A model generated the notes under the pieces. It saw nothing but the letters and a program-made list of their open reading frames with translations. It had not been told where the DNA came from and did not search any database. A DNA stretch of 64,000 nucleotides from Candidatus Moranbacteria bacterium GW2011_GWC2_40_12 (GTDB taxonomy: Bacteria > Patescibacteriota > Minisyncoccia > Moranbacterales > UBA11712). A program made the position numbers and the translations under genes. Position 1 is the stretch's first letter, and every line of letters begins with the position of its first letter. Of the stretch, positions 1-9,357 are shown piece after piece. The stretch covers positions 140,923 through 204,922 of the forward strand of contig LBYD01000001.1 of assembly GCA_000995965.1 (NCBI GenBank). Reading direction: 5' to 3'.

Positions 1-45
1 TTCGCAGATTTGTTTTTGCCATGGCTTTTTATGATTTATAGAAGT

Positions 46-474
46 TTAATTTTTTTTGGAAAAAAATAATTCAAGCCATTTTTTCCAATTCGGAGTATTG
101 TCTTCCGGTGCTTCCCCATTCTTCGCATCTCCATTTCCCGGCGCGGTATTTTTCGGCCCGACATCTTTCCGCAAAACAATCATTTTTTCGTTCTCTTTTT
201 GCAGATTCAGTTTTTCCCTTGCTTCCTTTTCCTGAAATTCCCGGCTGGATAAATAGGAAATCAGATTGTCTAAATCGCTGTTTTCCTGATTAATTTTCTG
301 GATTTCAGCTTGGAGATTTTCGATCTCTTTTTGTATTTGCCTTTTTCGGTAGGTTTCTTTTCCTAGTGAAATACCTATCATCACCAAAACCGCAAGTCCT
401 GCCAGAAAAAAGAGACCGGAAAAAAAACTGATGCCTCTTCTATTTTGTCCCGGGTTTTTTCTATTTTTAGCCAT
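46..474 (-). CDS. Septum formation initiator (FtsB/DivIC family) protein
   Basis: Single N-terminal TM helix, coiled coil, 'EKEAREKLNL..ENE' DivIC motif; start moved to ATG at 474 (MAKNRK). Confidence 0.8.
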   Translation of the reverse strand: MAKNRKNPGQNRRGISFFSGLFFLAGLAVLVMIGISLGKETYRKRQIQKEIENLQAEIQKINQENSDLDNLISYLSSREFQEKEAREKLNLQKENEKMIVLRKDVGPKNTAPGNGDAKNGEAPEDNTPNWKKWLELFFSKKN

Positions 475-475
475 C

Positions 476-586
476 CTAAAAATTATTGATAAGCGGAGCA
501 ACCGTAAAAGCGACCATCGACAGCACGGCAAGAAGCGTAATCACGATCCAGGCGATCCTTATTTTTTTTCGGTGTCTTCCTTTCAT
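476..586 (-). CDS. Small 36-aa single-TM protein (MKGRHRKKIRIAWIVITLLAVLSMVAFTVAPLINNF)
   Basis: Read by hand; basic N-terminus plus hydrophobic helix; fills the lepA-ftsB gap; below the ORF-track cutoff. Confidence 0.6.
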   Translation of the reverse strand: MKGRHRKKIRIAWIVITLLAVLSMVAFTVAPLINNF

Positions 587-608
587 ATGCTTATATTACC
601 ATAAAAGG

Positions 609-2396
609 CTATTTTCTCAAAACCGCCAAAAAGGCAGAACTGGGAATCTCGACTTTTCCAGCCTGGGTCATTTTCTTCTTGCCTCTCTTCTGCTTTTCCA
701 GGAGTTTTCTCTTTCTGGTGACATCGCCGCCATAAAGCTTGGCAGTCACGTCTTTCCGAAAAGCTTTGAGGGTTTCACGGGCAATTATTTTTCCGCCAAT
801 GGCTGCCTGAATGGCGACCTGAAAATTCTGGCGGGGAATTGAATTTTTCAATTTTTCAACGACCGCTTTTCCTTCGGAGAATGAATTTTGACGGGGAATA
901 ACGCGCGAAAATGCGTCCACATTCTCTCCGGCGACAATAACGTCAAGTTTTATCAGGTCGTTTGATCGGTATCCGGTGAAGTCATAGTTCATCGAAGCAA
1001 ATCCGCTGGAAGCGCTTTTCAGCTTGTCATGGAGATCAATGATTACATCAGTGAGAGGAGAATTGAAAGTGAGAATGAGCCTTTCGGCGTCGAGATATTC
1101 CGTGTTCTTGTATTCCGCCCGCGTATTTCTCATGAGCTCCATGATTGGTCCGAGGTATTTCGATGGAGATATGATATCAAGTTTCACATAAGGCTCTTCG
1201 ATAGATTCTATCAAGGAAGGGTCAGGCATCTCAAGAGGTGAAAAAATTTTCATTTTTTCGTCCTGGCCTTTCACCTTCACCTCATATACGACGCTTGGGG
1301 TCGTAATGACCGGGTCAATCTCAAACTCGCGTTTCAGTCTTTCCTGGATGATTTCCATATGAAGAAGACCAAGAAATCCGCACCGGAAACCCCTTCCCAA
1401 GGCCAGATTGGATTCTGGTTCGAAAGCGAACGCGGCATCATTGAGTTTCAGTTTGCCAAGCGCGTCCCGCATGAAATTATAATCGTTTCCTTCTTTCGGA
1501 TAAAAGCTGGCGTATACTACCGGTTTTATCTCCTTATATCCAGGCAGCCTTTCGATTTCAGGATTGCGGCTTGTGACGGTTATCGTATCACCCACTCGGC
1601 AATCTTCGACGGTTTTGAAGCCGGTGGCAATATAGCCGATATCGCCGGGGGATAAAATTTCAGTCTTTGCCAAATCGGGAGAAAAATGTCCGACTTCAAT
1701 GACCAGGCTTTCCTGTTTGGTCGCCATCGCTATTATTTTATTCTCGGCTCTGACTTCTCCGTCGATAATTCTCACGTAAGCAAGAACTCCCTTGAAGGTA
1801 TCATATTTTGAATCAAAAATAAGCGCCCGAAGAGGTTTCCCCCCTTCTCCTTTTGGCGGATGAATATTTTCGACGATTTTTTCGAGAATTTCAAAGACTC
1901 CTTTTCCTGTTTTTCCGCTGGCTTCGAGAATATCTTCTTTTTTGCATCCAAGAAGATGCACGATTTCTTTTTTTGTTTTTTCTATTTCAGCGTTGGGAAG
2001 ATCAATTTTATTGACAACGGGAATTATTTCAAGATTTTGCTCGATTGCTTGGTATAAATTGGCGACGGTTTGAGCCTGAACGCCCTTTGAAGCGTCTACG
2101 AGAAGAACTGCGCCCTCAACCGCGGCAAGGGACCGGGAGACCTCATAAGCGAAATCCACGTGTCCGGGAGTGTCTATTAGGTTCAAGGTGTATTCTTTGA
2201 AATTCATTCTCACAGGCTGAAGCTTGATGGTGATTCCCCTTTCCCGCTCAAGATCCATCGTGTCCAGAAGCTGTTCCTTCATTTTCCGCTGTTCGATGGT
2301 GTTGGTGATCTCAAGCATCCTGTCGGCAAGGGTGGACTTGCCGTGGTCGATATGGGCGATTATGCAAAAATTGCGGGTGTTTTGTTGGTCATTCAT
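609..2396 (-). CDS. lepA: Elongation factor 4 (LepA)
   Basis: RNFCIIAHIDHGKSTLADR, DTPGHVDF, NKID and C-terminal KLYGGDVTRKRKLLEKQK motifs. Confidence 0.98.
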   Translation of the reverse strand: MNDQQNTRNFCIIAHIDHGKSTLADRMLEITNTIEQRKMKEQLLDTMDLERERGITIKLQPVRMNFKEYTLNLIDTPGHVDFAYEVSRSLAAVEGAVLLVDASKGVQAQTVANLYQAIEQNLEIIPVVNKIDLPNAEIEKTKKEIVHLLGCKKEDILEASGKTGKGVFEILEKIVENIHPPKGEGGKPLRALIFDSKYDTFKGVLAYVRIIDGEVRAENKIIAMATKQESLVIEVGHFSPDLAKTEILSPGDIGYIATGFKTVEDCRVGDTITVTSRNPEIERLPGYKEIKPVVYASFYPKEGNDYNFMRDALGKLKLNDAAFAFEPESNLALGRGFRCGFLGLLHMEIIQERLKREFEIDPVITTPSVVYEVKVKGQDEKMKIFSPLEMPDPSLIESIEEPYVKLDIISPSKYLGPIMELMRNTRAEYKNTEYLDAERLILTFNSPLTDVIIDLHDKLKSASSGFASMNYDFTGYRSNDLIKLDVIVAGENVDAFSRVIPRQNSFSEGKAVVEKLKNSIPRQNFQVAIQAAIGGKIIARETLKAFRKDVTAKLYGGDVTRKRKLLEKQKRGKKKMTQAGKVEIPSSAFLAVLRK

Positions 2397-2454
2397 GCTG
2401 CATATTCTAGCCTATTTTCGCCTTTTTGCAAATAAAAAATGAGGATACTTTGCT

Positions 2455-3147
2455 TCAATATTCATTGATTTTTATTCTATTTCCGTCCAGCGTGATATAT
2501 GTTGATGGCACATCCGTCCAACAGCCGCTGTTGTAATAGCGAATATTTCCCCTTTTTTCAAACATTGCCTTGTGGGTATGGCCGCAAAAAATATAATTCA
2601 CGCCGCGAAGTTTGGCATAAAGAATCGCGCGGCTGGCAACCTTTTCCGAGAGGCGAAGCCATCCCTTGCTTTTGCTTTTCAGAAAATGGCTGATCCTTTT
2701 GTCCTTGAAATCAAAAAGCTGCACAAGATTGTATAACTGGCTTGCTAAGATACTGAGAAAAGCGTTGTCTATGAGAAAATTGTCAAATTGATGGCCATGA
2801 ATGGCGAGATATTTCCGGTTATTGTGCTGCCATCGATATACTCTGTGAAGACGGGCTCCGGTCAGCGCCGAAAATATATTTGCGAGCCCTTTGTCATGAT
2901 TTCCCTCTACCCATCTGACTTTTGTCGTTTTGGACAGTTTGCTGATGACCGATATCAAGTTCCAGTCGTCATCGCTTAGACGGTTGAAATTGAGGTCCTC
3001 GAAAATATCTCCAAGGAGAATCAGCTTCTTGAACTGAAAATTGTTGAGAAGTTCCGCCGCCTCCTTTGAACGGCTGACTCTTGATCCCAGATGAAAATCA
3101 GAAATTATAAGAGTATGGGTTTTGTTCTTTTTATCTTTCTTTTTCAT
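2455..3147 (-). CDS. Calcineurin-like metallophosphoesterase (LpxH-like family)
   Basis: SDFHLG, LGDIF, GNHD, HGH, GHTH and NSGCW motifs. Confidence 0.85.
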   Translation of the reverse strand: MKKKDKKNKTHTLIISDFHLGSRVSRSKEAAELLNNFQFKKLILLGDIFEDLNFNRLSDDDWNLISVISKLSKTTKVRWVEGNHDKGLANIFSALTGARLHRVYRWQHNNRKYLAIHGHQFDNFLIDNAFLSILASQLYNLVQLFDFKDKRISHFLKSKSKGWLRLSEKVASRAILYAKLRGVNYIFCGHTHKAMFEKRGNIRYYNSGCWTDVPSTYITLDGNRIKINEY

Positions 3148-3267
3148 TTTTATTTGAATTTTTTGAGCTGCTCGAAATGATCTTGTGTCAGCTTATATTC
3201 TTCCCGGATCCGTGCCGTCCCATCGTCAATGGATCTCTCTGTCTGTATCACGTTTCCATATAATATG

Positions 3268-3435
3268 TTATTTGATTAGCGCGCTGACATAGACGCCGAT
3301 ATAGTAAGGCCAGAGCAGGATGGCCAGCACTCCTTGCCCGAAAGAAAGATTCAAAAATCCGATTGTGAAAAGCCAGCCGGCGAACCAGGAAAAAGCCGTG
3401 AAGCTGTGGTTTTCGACTTTGATTTTTTCCGCCAT
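3268..3435 (-). CDS. Small 55-aa membrane protein (MAEKIKVENHSFTAFSWFAGWLFTIGFLNLSFGQGVLAILLWPYYIGVYVSALIK)
   Basis: Read by hand; clean ATG-TAA ORF with two hydrophobic segments, co-oriented with neighbours. Confidence 0.7.
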   Translation of the reverse strand: MAEKIKVENHSFTAFSWFAGWLFTIGFLNLSFGQGVLAILLWPYYIGVYVSALIK

Positions 3436-3569
3436 ATATATAAATTTAATGTTTAATTATTCCTCGCGGGGATGGAGACTAAAAATAAATATGACCCAAA
3501 AACATAACATTTTCAAATTCTCAAGAATTTTGGAGTCATGATATTTTTTCAAAATTTAACTCGGTGAAA

Positions 3570-3734
3570 CTATGAACGGTTTTCTTTTTGCTTAGCCTTC
3601 ATTTTTTTGAGGTGCGTGGCGGAATCGCGGCAGCTGCAGTTTTTCGCATGGCCTTCGTGCCACTTGATTTTGTCCTTGAGCGTCGCGTTTTTCGGCACCT
3701 TATTCTTCAAATGCCAGGCTTTGTTGATTTTCAT
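3570..3734 (-). CDS. Small 54-aa basic His/Cys protein (MKINKAWHLKNKVPKNATLKDKIKWHEGHAKNCSCRD...)
   Basis: Read by hand; starts 14 nt after the hemerythrin stop; WH..WHxxHxxxCxCR pattern. Confidence 0.65.
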   Translation of the reverse strand: MKINKAWHLKNKVPKNATLKDKIKWHEGHAKNCSCRDSATHLKKMKAKQKENRS

Positions 3735-3748
3735 GAATTTTTGAAAAA

Positions 3749-4282
3749 TTATTTGTATATTTCTTTCAGCTGATGGATCAATCCTTGAAGCTCTTTGTGC
3801 CGTCCAACTCCCACCACATTTTTTTCGACGTTTTCGAATCCCGCCTCGAGTTCGTTTTTCTTTTCCTCCGAAAGGGATGTGTCGGCCATTGGGAAAAGGA
3901 CATTGTTTTCCTTGTCGATATGCCGGTCAAGAAGCGAAATATAGCCTCTCGCGTTTTCGGAAAAACGCCCCAAGTTTTTGGCTTCGATCCCCTCTGCCAT
4001 ACCGCGCGCAAAATTTCTTGCGGCTTTGTGTTCCTCGATCAATTCTTCGATGAGTGAAATTTCATCGGCAATTTGTTTTTCCTTCATTGCCGGGAACAGC
4101 AGATTTTCCTCTTTTCCGTGATGGCATTTGTCGGCAAACTCCCGAATGAAAACGACTGCCCGCTCAAGATGCTCGACCGGAACGGCTTCGCCGGCTTCGA
4201 TCTTTTTGCATATTTTTTCAAGCACGCGAAGCATCAATTTGATTGGCCCATGCTCCGCGGCAAGTTCCGCTATTGGTTTCAT
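3749..4282 (-). CDS. Hemerythrin HHE cation-binding domain protein
   Basis: EH, HHGKEENLLFP, EH and HIDKENNVLFP motifs. Confidence 0.9.
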   Translation of the reverse strand: MKPIAELAAEHGPIKLMLRVLEKICKKIEAGEAVPVEHLERAVVFIREFADKCHHGKEENLLFPAMKEKQIADEISLIEELIEEHKAARNFARGMAEGIEAKNLGRFSENARGYISLLDRHIDKENNVLFPMADTSLSEEKKNELEAGFENVEKNVVGVGRHKELQGLIHQLKEIYK

Positions 4283-4354
4283 AAAATTATATTTAACATG
4301 TTATAATTTATTTTCCCCCGCCGAAATTCAGTCTGAGGACACCCGTCTGATTTT

Positions 4355-5824
4355 CTATTTTTCTTCCAGATATTCTTTCTTCCAAATGGGATCGGCCGCG
4401 GCTGCAACTTTCTCGCCATAATCGCAAAGACCTTTTTCGTATTCTCTGTCCTCCAGGGCCAGCCGGCTGGCTTCGTTTATCGGCTTGGGATGGTGCCGGT
4501 CGAAGATTTTTTTCATATCTTTGTAGTGGTCTTTTATGGGACAGGGAATCAGCCAGTTTCCCAGTTCCTTTGGCTTTTTGTCGAGCGCGTATTCTCTTTG
4601 CCACTTCCGAATGGATTCAAAAAAAGGCGCCTCCAAAACATCGTTTAGGTTTCCGCCCTTCCGGTAGACATCATTTATATTGACCGGGGAATAAGGGTTG
4701 AAAACGCAAGGAGCGACATTGCCATTCCAATCTATATACAAGTATCCCTCCGGCCGGCCGGCGGAAATGCATCCGTCGCTCAAACAGCCGTTATTCCAAA
4801 AATCAACCAAGAAAATTTTGCGTTCGCGCGCCAGTCGCTGGGTCTGTCTCAACAGTCTGATCCGCTGCTCCGCATCGACCATTTGATCAATGTCCGATGC
4901 CCTGCCGATTGGCATCAGCTGAAAAATCCAGCCATACATAGCGCTTTTTTTCTTGAAATAAAAGTCGATCACATCGTCGCGGGTAATAGCATCGGCATTT
5001 TTACGCGTGGCCGTGAGTGAAATGCCAAACGGAATCCCGACTTCTCTCAAATTCTCCATGGCGGACATAATTTTTTTGTGGGTCCCTTTTCCGCGACGCG
5101 CGTCCGTTTCTTCTTCCAAGCCTTCAACTGATATCGCCAAGGATATGTTTCCCGCTGACTGAATTTTTTTCGCCATCGGCCTGTCGATCAATGTAGCATT
5201 TGTGAACATGACGAAATAATTGTCGGAGTATTTTTTCGCCAGATCGAGCACCGTTTTGCCTTGGCTATTATATAGCAAAGGTTCTCCTCCGGTGATCACG
5301 GTGAGATAAGAGCCCCATAATTTTTCTTTTTCATCCATGATTCGGTCCAGCGTATCCCATTCGATTTTTTCGGAATCAGCAGCGGAACTGCCGGCGTAAC
5401 AGCCGGCGCATTTCAGATTGCATTGTTTTCCCGGTCCAATGACCAGGAATGCCGGAGGCTTGCGCCCGTGCTTTTTGATGAATTTCGCGGTCCTTTTCAT
5501 TTTGTCGAGAGACACGTTTTTCACTGCCCGGATAATTGCCCTTTGGACGTTTGGGGACTTCTTTGCGTTTTCAATTGCTTTTAGAATTGCAAAAATCAAG
5601 TTCCGGTACATGATATATTTGTCTTCCTGCACTTTTTTAGGATACCTTTCGTTGCGCATCATCTCCTGTCGCATTTTCTTTTCCAGCCCGGAAAGGATTT
5701 TTTTCATCATGCCGCTGGTACAAAAATAGCCGATGGATCTCGCGGCAAAGCCGTCCAGCGTTTTCCGAAACATTTGGCGAAAAGTGGCTTTGCAGCCAGG
5801 TTGAGCGGCGCTCGTGGCATCCAT
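4355..5824 (-). CDS. Radical SAM protein with SPASM/twitch domain
   Basis: CNLKCAGC, TGGEP, GCISAGR..YIDWNGNVAPCVF, PCP. Confidence 0.9.
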   Translation of the reverse strand: MDATSAAQPGCKATFRQMFRKTLDGFAARSIGYFCTSGMMKKILSGLEKKMRQEMMRNERYPKKVQEDKYIMYRNLIFAILKAIENAKKSPNVQRAIIRAVKNVSLDKMKRTAKFIKKHGRKPPAFLVIGPGKQCNLKCAGCYAGSSAADSEKIEWDTLDRIMDEKEKLWGSYLTVITGGEPLLYNSQGKTVLDLAKKYSDNYFVMFTNATLIDRPMAKKIQSAGNISLAISVEGLEEETDARRGKGTHKKIMSAMENLREVGIPFGISLTATRKNADAITRDDVIDFYFKKKSAMYGWIFQLMPIGRASDIDQMVDAEQRIRLLRQTQRLARERKIFLVDFWNNGCLSDGCISAGRPEGYLYIDWNGNVAPCVFNPYSPVNINDVYRKGGNLNDVLEAPFFESIRKWQREYALDKKPKELGNWLIPCPIKDHYKDMKKIFDRHHPKPINEASRLALEDREYEKGLCDYGEKVAAAADPIWKKEYLEEK

Positions 5825-5917
5825 AAATCGCAAAAAAATAGTTATGGGCTTTCCTCTAGTATAGACAATTCAGCCTCTAAAACAAGTGAACTCGATTGAG
5901 GGCAGGCATTTCGGCAG

Positions 5918-6349
5918 TCAATTTCGCCGCCTGCTCGGCCTCAAGCTGAAAAATTTGTCCGGGTCGATGAAATTTTTGCAGACCCCTGTCTTGACTTTGC
6001 CGCGGCTCAAGTCAATGTGGAGATGCGGACCTCGGGTGAGGCTTCCCGTGTTCCCGGTGCGGCCCAGAATTTCGCCCGCCTTATATTTCCCGAGCGGAAA
6101 CACTTTGGAAAGATGCATAAGGCGCATGACGAGCAGGCCGTACTCTTTTTCCATCATTTTCACGTGGATCGTATTCCCGCCTTCAGGAAAATTTCCGACT
6201 TTTACGATTTCGCATTTTAGCGGAGCGAAAACGGGAGTCCCGTCCGGAACAAGATAATCAGTCCCCAGATGAAAATCAGAATAAAAGGTCTTCGCGCCGA
6301 AACTGTATCCCCGCTTGAGCCTTTTCCAGTTTTTCAAAGGATACCGCAT
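5918..6349 (-). CDS. M23 family peptidase
   Basis: HLGTD, HL, GNTG..GPHLH; start moved to MRYPL at 6349 to avoid overlap with upstream gene. Confidence 0.85.
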   Translation of the reverse strand: MRYPLKNWKRLKRGYSFGAKTFYSDFHLGTDYLVPDGTPVFAPLKCEIVKVGNFPEGGNTIHVKMMEKEYGLLVMRLMHLSKVFPLGKYKAGEILGRTGNTGSLTRGPHLHIDLSRGKVKTGVCKNFIDPDKFFSLRPSRRRN

Positions 6350-6353
6350 ATTT

Positions 6354-7103
6354 TCAAGCTTCAAAAATATGTTTTTCGATCCCTCTCGCAACCGGCGGAC
6401 GGAATTTATCGCCGTTTTCATCGCCAGAAAGAATTGGCTTTTCAGCGATAAATGAGCATCTGACATGCTTTGGAAAGCTTGCATCAACTGCCTTTTGCTT
6501 AATCTTGAAACCGAGATGCTCCGCCATTTTCATGTCTTCCATCCAGAAATCCTGCAAAATCAGTAATCCCCCCGGCTCCAAGACGCGCAGAGCCTCTTTT
6601 ATGGCCTCTTCCCTAAGTATGACATTCTTCATCCTGTTCCTGAAAAAATCTTCGTCGTCCGTACACACTTTTCCTAAACAGGAGCAAAAAACAGCTCCGA
6701 TTGTTCCGTTCCGAAACGGAAGTTTTTTCGCGTCAGCCTGAAAATCAACTTTCCCGAAAAAGTTCACCGTCTTGCCATCCTCAAGAATTGGGCAACCCTC
6801 ATATATGTTGGAAGTATAAATCTTTTTTCCTAGACCCTGCGTGTCGACCATGGAATACCCGCTTTCAGTCGGGCCGGCTTTCTCTATCAGCAGACCCTTG
6901 ACGTTTTTCAATTTTTCTTCAATGTCAAAATCCGGATCCATCCAATTTTCTGGCAAAAGACCCCTGATGTGCTGTTCCTTTTCCGCAAGAGTCGCATAAT
7001 ATTTTTCGAACGGGGCTCTGATTCCCGAAATAATCGAACCGAAAGAAATAGCTTTTTTCATTTCCGGGTTTGCAGTTGTTTTCTCGAATGTTGATTTCTC
7101 CAT
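6354..7103 (-). CDS. Hypothetical protein with degenerate class I SAM-methyltransferase-like C-terminus
   Basis: ADAKKLPF and EALRVLEPGGLLIL motifs; motif I atypical. Confidence 0.6.
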   Translation of the reverse strand: MEKSTFEKTTANPEMKKAISFGSIISGIRAPFEKYYATLAEKEQHIRGLLPENWMDPDFDIEEKLKNVKGLLIEKAGPTESGYSMVDTQGLGKKIYTSNIYEGCPILEDGKTVNFFGKVDFQADAKKLPFRNGTIGAVFCSCLGKVCTDDEDFFRNRMKNVILREEAIKEALRVLEPGGLLILQDFWMEDMKMAEHLGFKIKQKAVDASFPKHVRCSFIAEKPILSGDENGDKFRPPVARGIEKHIFEA

Positions 7104-7108
7104 GGAAT

Positions 7109-7666
7109 TTATTTTTTTGGAACTCTGGAATTGAGCAGATGCCTTTTCAGTTTTGCGAAAGGCTTCGCTTTAAGATAGGTTTTCCGGTCATCATCTTCGC
7201 CGAGCGATGCCCGAGTCACGGAATATCCCGCAGGAATGAATATCCGATCCCATCCGTAGCCTTTCTTTCCCGCCGGTTTTTTGGCGATTTCTCCTTCGAG
7301 TTTTCCCTCAAAAAGATTCAATTCTTTTCCGTCGAAATATCCAAAAACGCAGCGCGCGGTCGCTTTTCTCGTTTTCCCGTTTACGAGAGAACAAATCGTT
7401 GCGAAGGGCACAGTGTCAACAAAGAACCGGATGAAAGGCCCCGGCAGCTTCCCAAGCGCGGAAAACTCCAAGGAAACATCCTCCACAATCACTGGTTTCT
7501 TCACTATGCCATAAGCCTGCCGGACTTTTTGTTCCACGATTTTTTTGAGGTCAAGAGATTGGATCTCTTCCAGGTCCAGTTTCCTATGCTCAACCGGAAA
7601 ACCAAGATATTTTGCCAGATAATCGGCCTTGCCCTGATTCCCGGTAATGAAAATCACTTTTTTCAT
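7109..7666 (-). CDS. Non-canonical purine NTP pyrophosphatase (Ham1/ITPase family)
   Basis: FITGNQGK, EIQS, VEDVSL, LPGPFI, GYGWDRIF. Confidence 0.9.
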   Translation of the reverse strand: MKKVIFITGNQGKADYLAKYLGFPVEHRKLDLEEIQSLDLKKIVEQKVRQAYGIVKKPVIVEDVSLEFSALGKLPGPFIRFFVDTVPFATICSLVNGKTRKATARCVFGYFDGKELNLFEGKLEGEIAKKPAGKKGYGWDRIFIPAGYSVTRASLGEDDDRKTYLKAKPFAKLKRHLLNSRVPKK

Positions 7667-7754
7667 AATTCATGAAGAATTTGAGATATTTCCCTGCCGA
7701 ACTTGGGCAGCAGATCTTGCTTGTCGAACCTTAGCGAAGACCGGGATGATTACG

Positions 7755-8210
7755 TCACCTCCACCCAAATTCGCTATAAAAAATATTTTTGTTGATGCAC
7801 CCCAATGCAAATCTTATATATGGAATTGTATTTTCGGGCAGATTACCAAGAGAAAACCAACTTAAATCATCACACTTATCTGGTTCCATGTTTTTTGGCT
7901 CGCCCTCCCATTTTGTCACTCTTATGAAAATGTCTATCCGTTCCCGCAAGCCGATTTCATTAAACATCTCACAGCGGTGCATAGCGTGAACAATTTCCAT
8001 GTCCTCTTTTTTTACAGTTATCCCTGCTTCTTCTCTTGTCTCCCGAATCATGCATTGCTTGAAGGTTTCATTGCCATCGAGGTGACCGGATACCAATCCA
8101 TATTTTCCGTCTTGAAATCCGGTGTTGAATCGCCTTAACAGCAGAATTTTACCATTCTTTTCCAAGACCAAATATGAAGCCGGAACAATCTTGAATCTTC
8201 TTCTATTCAT
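7755..8210 (-). CDS. NUDIX hydrolase
   Basis: Nudix box GHLDGNETFKQCMIRETREEAG, EPDKC; start at MNRRR. Confidence 0.9.
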   Translation of the reverse strand: MNRRRFKIVPASYLVLEKNGKILLLRRFNTGFQDGKYGLVSGHLDGNETFKQCMIRETREEAGITVKKEDMEIVHAMHRCEMFNEIGLRERIDIFIRVTKWEGEPKNMEPDKCDDLSWFSLGNLPENTIPYIRFALGCINKNIFYSEFGWR

Positions 8211-8256
8211 AAATTGCTTTCTCACATCATAATTTACCCCCGCCGGAAATACGTAA

Positions 8257-8646
8257 TCAAAAATCCAGTTCGCCAACTCTCCGCAATCCTTCGAATTTTA
8301 TCCCGTCGTCCTGGAATACTTCAATAACTTTGTATTTACCCTTTGTCCATATTTCCCCTTTTTCCAAGAAATGTGTCGCTTCCAGAATTTGGATGCTGGC
8401 CCGAGGACGGGAAAGTTTTTCTCCGCCGCGTGTCTCGATCAAGGGGATTCCGCCGCGCAGCCAATAGTTTCGCTGGTCTTTTTTGAGAAAATCGTATATT
8501 TTGCCCGCCTCAAGGGATTCGGGAATGCATTCTTCAATTTTTCGTTTTACTTTCTTGTGCTCCGAGATGTCCCGCAGCGCCAGATCTTTATGCCCATAGA
8601 TATAATTTAAACTTGATAATATGCTCGTGAAATACGACATTCTCAC
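8257..8646 (-). CDS. Hypothetical protein
   Basis: 129-aa co-oriented ORF; start uncertain because it overlaps a palindrome. Confidence 0.6.
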   Translation of the reverse strand: MRMSYFTSILSSLNYIYGHKDLALRDISEHKKVKRKIEECIPESLEAGKIYDFLKKDQRNYWLRGGIPLIETRGGEKLSRPRASIQILEATHFLEKGEIWTKGKYKVIEVFQDDGIKFEGLRRVGELDF

Positions 8647-8668
8647 ATTCTCAAGAATGTGAGAATGT
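8637..8668. repeat. Perfect palindrome ACATTCTCACATTCT-CA-AGAATGTGAGAATGT
   Basis: 15-bp perfect arms with 2-nt spacer. Confidence 0.85.
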
Positions 8669-8679
8669 GGCTGTGGGAG

Positions 8680-9330
8680 TCATATTTTCAAAACTTTCGC
8701 TTTCAACTTCAGGGCGCTGTCGGAGACAAACATCAATTTCATTTTGTCCTCCGTGCAAGTCGGGATCAATTCCGAAATTGATTTCTGGATGATGTCAAAA
8801 CATTCACTCAAAACATATTTCGTGTATTCATAATCGAAATCACCAAATTTGTCTCCTTTTTCAATTTGCCATTTGTTGCAAAATTGGCGGTAGGTTTTTG
8901 CGCAAATCGTATTGGAATACCAGAAAAGATCATCCGCGGCCTCCGTATATGCCCAAAGAGGCAATTCTTTGTTTTCAATAAGCGAATAAACGGAATCCCT
9001 CCATTTGACAACTTCATTGCACAAAGGATATTTTTCCGGCTCGGGCGGCGCTTGAATATCATCAATATTTGTAATATCAATTCCCATCTTTTCGGCGTCT
9101 TTTTTGACGAGATCCAGAGTCTCTTTGAAATGTTTTCCAAGATCATCTAGGGCAAATTTCATTTCGTCGGGATTTTCTCCCCGCTCGATATTCTTCTCAT
9201 GATCCTTTTCAATCCGTCCGCAAACGGGGCAGCCTTTTTTTCCGCAGGACTTTCTTTTCCAAAAGCATTCCATCCAGCCGGGCATTTCAAATTCTCCTTT
9301 CCTTTTTGTTTTTTGCTTCTTCATTATCAT
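8680..9330 (-). CDS. Hypothetical protein with N-terminal Cys cluster (C-x5-C-x4-CPVC)
   Basis: 216-aa ORF; possible zinc-binding N-terminus. Confidence 0.7.
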   Translation of the reverse strand: MIMKKQKTKRKGEFEMPGWMECFWKRKSCGKKGCPVCGRIEKDHEKNIERGENPDEMKFALDDLGKHFKETLDLVKKDAEKMGIDITNIDDIQAPPEPEKYPLCNEVVKWRDSVYSLIENKELPLWAYTEAADDLFWYSNTICAKTYRQFCNKWQIEKGDKFGDFDYEYTKYVLSECFDIIQKSISELIPTCTEDKMKLMFVSDSALKLKAKVLKI

Positions 9331-9357
9331 TTTACTAACATTGCATGTTGGGAAGGT

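Noticed and set aside
3150-3251. 33-aa GTG-start ORF (VIQTERSIDDGTARIREEYKLTQDHFEQLKKFK)
   Set aside because: Too short, with no RBS or recognisable motif; possibly a gene remnant
7667-7754. Intergenic TCGAACC suggesting a tRNA T-arm
   Set aside because: No cloverleaf or acceptor stem could be formed
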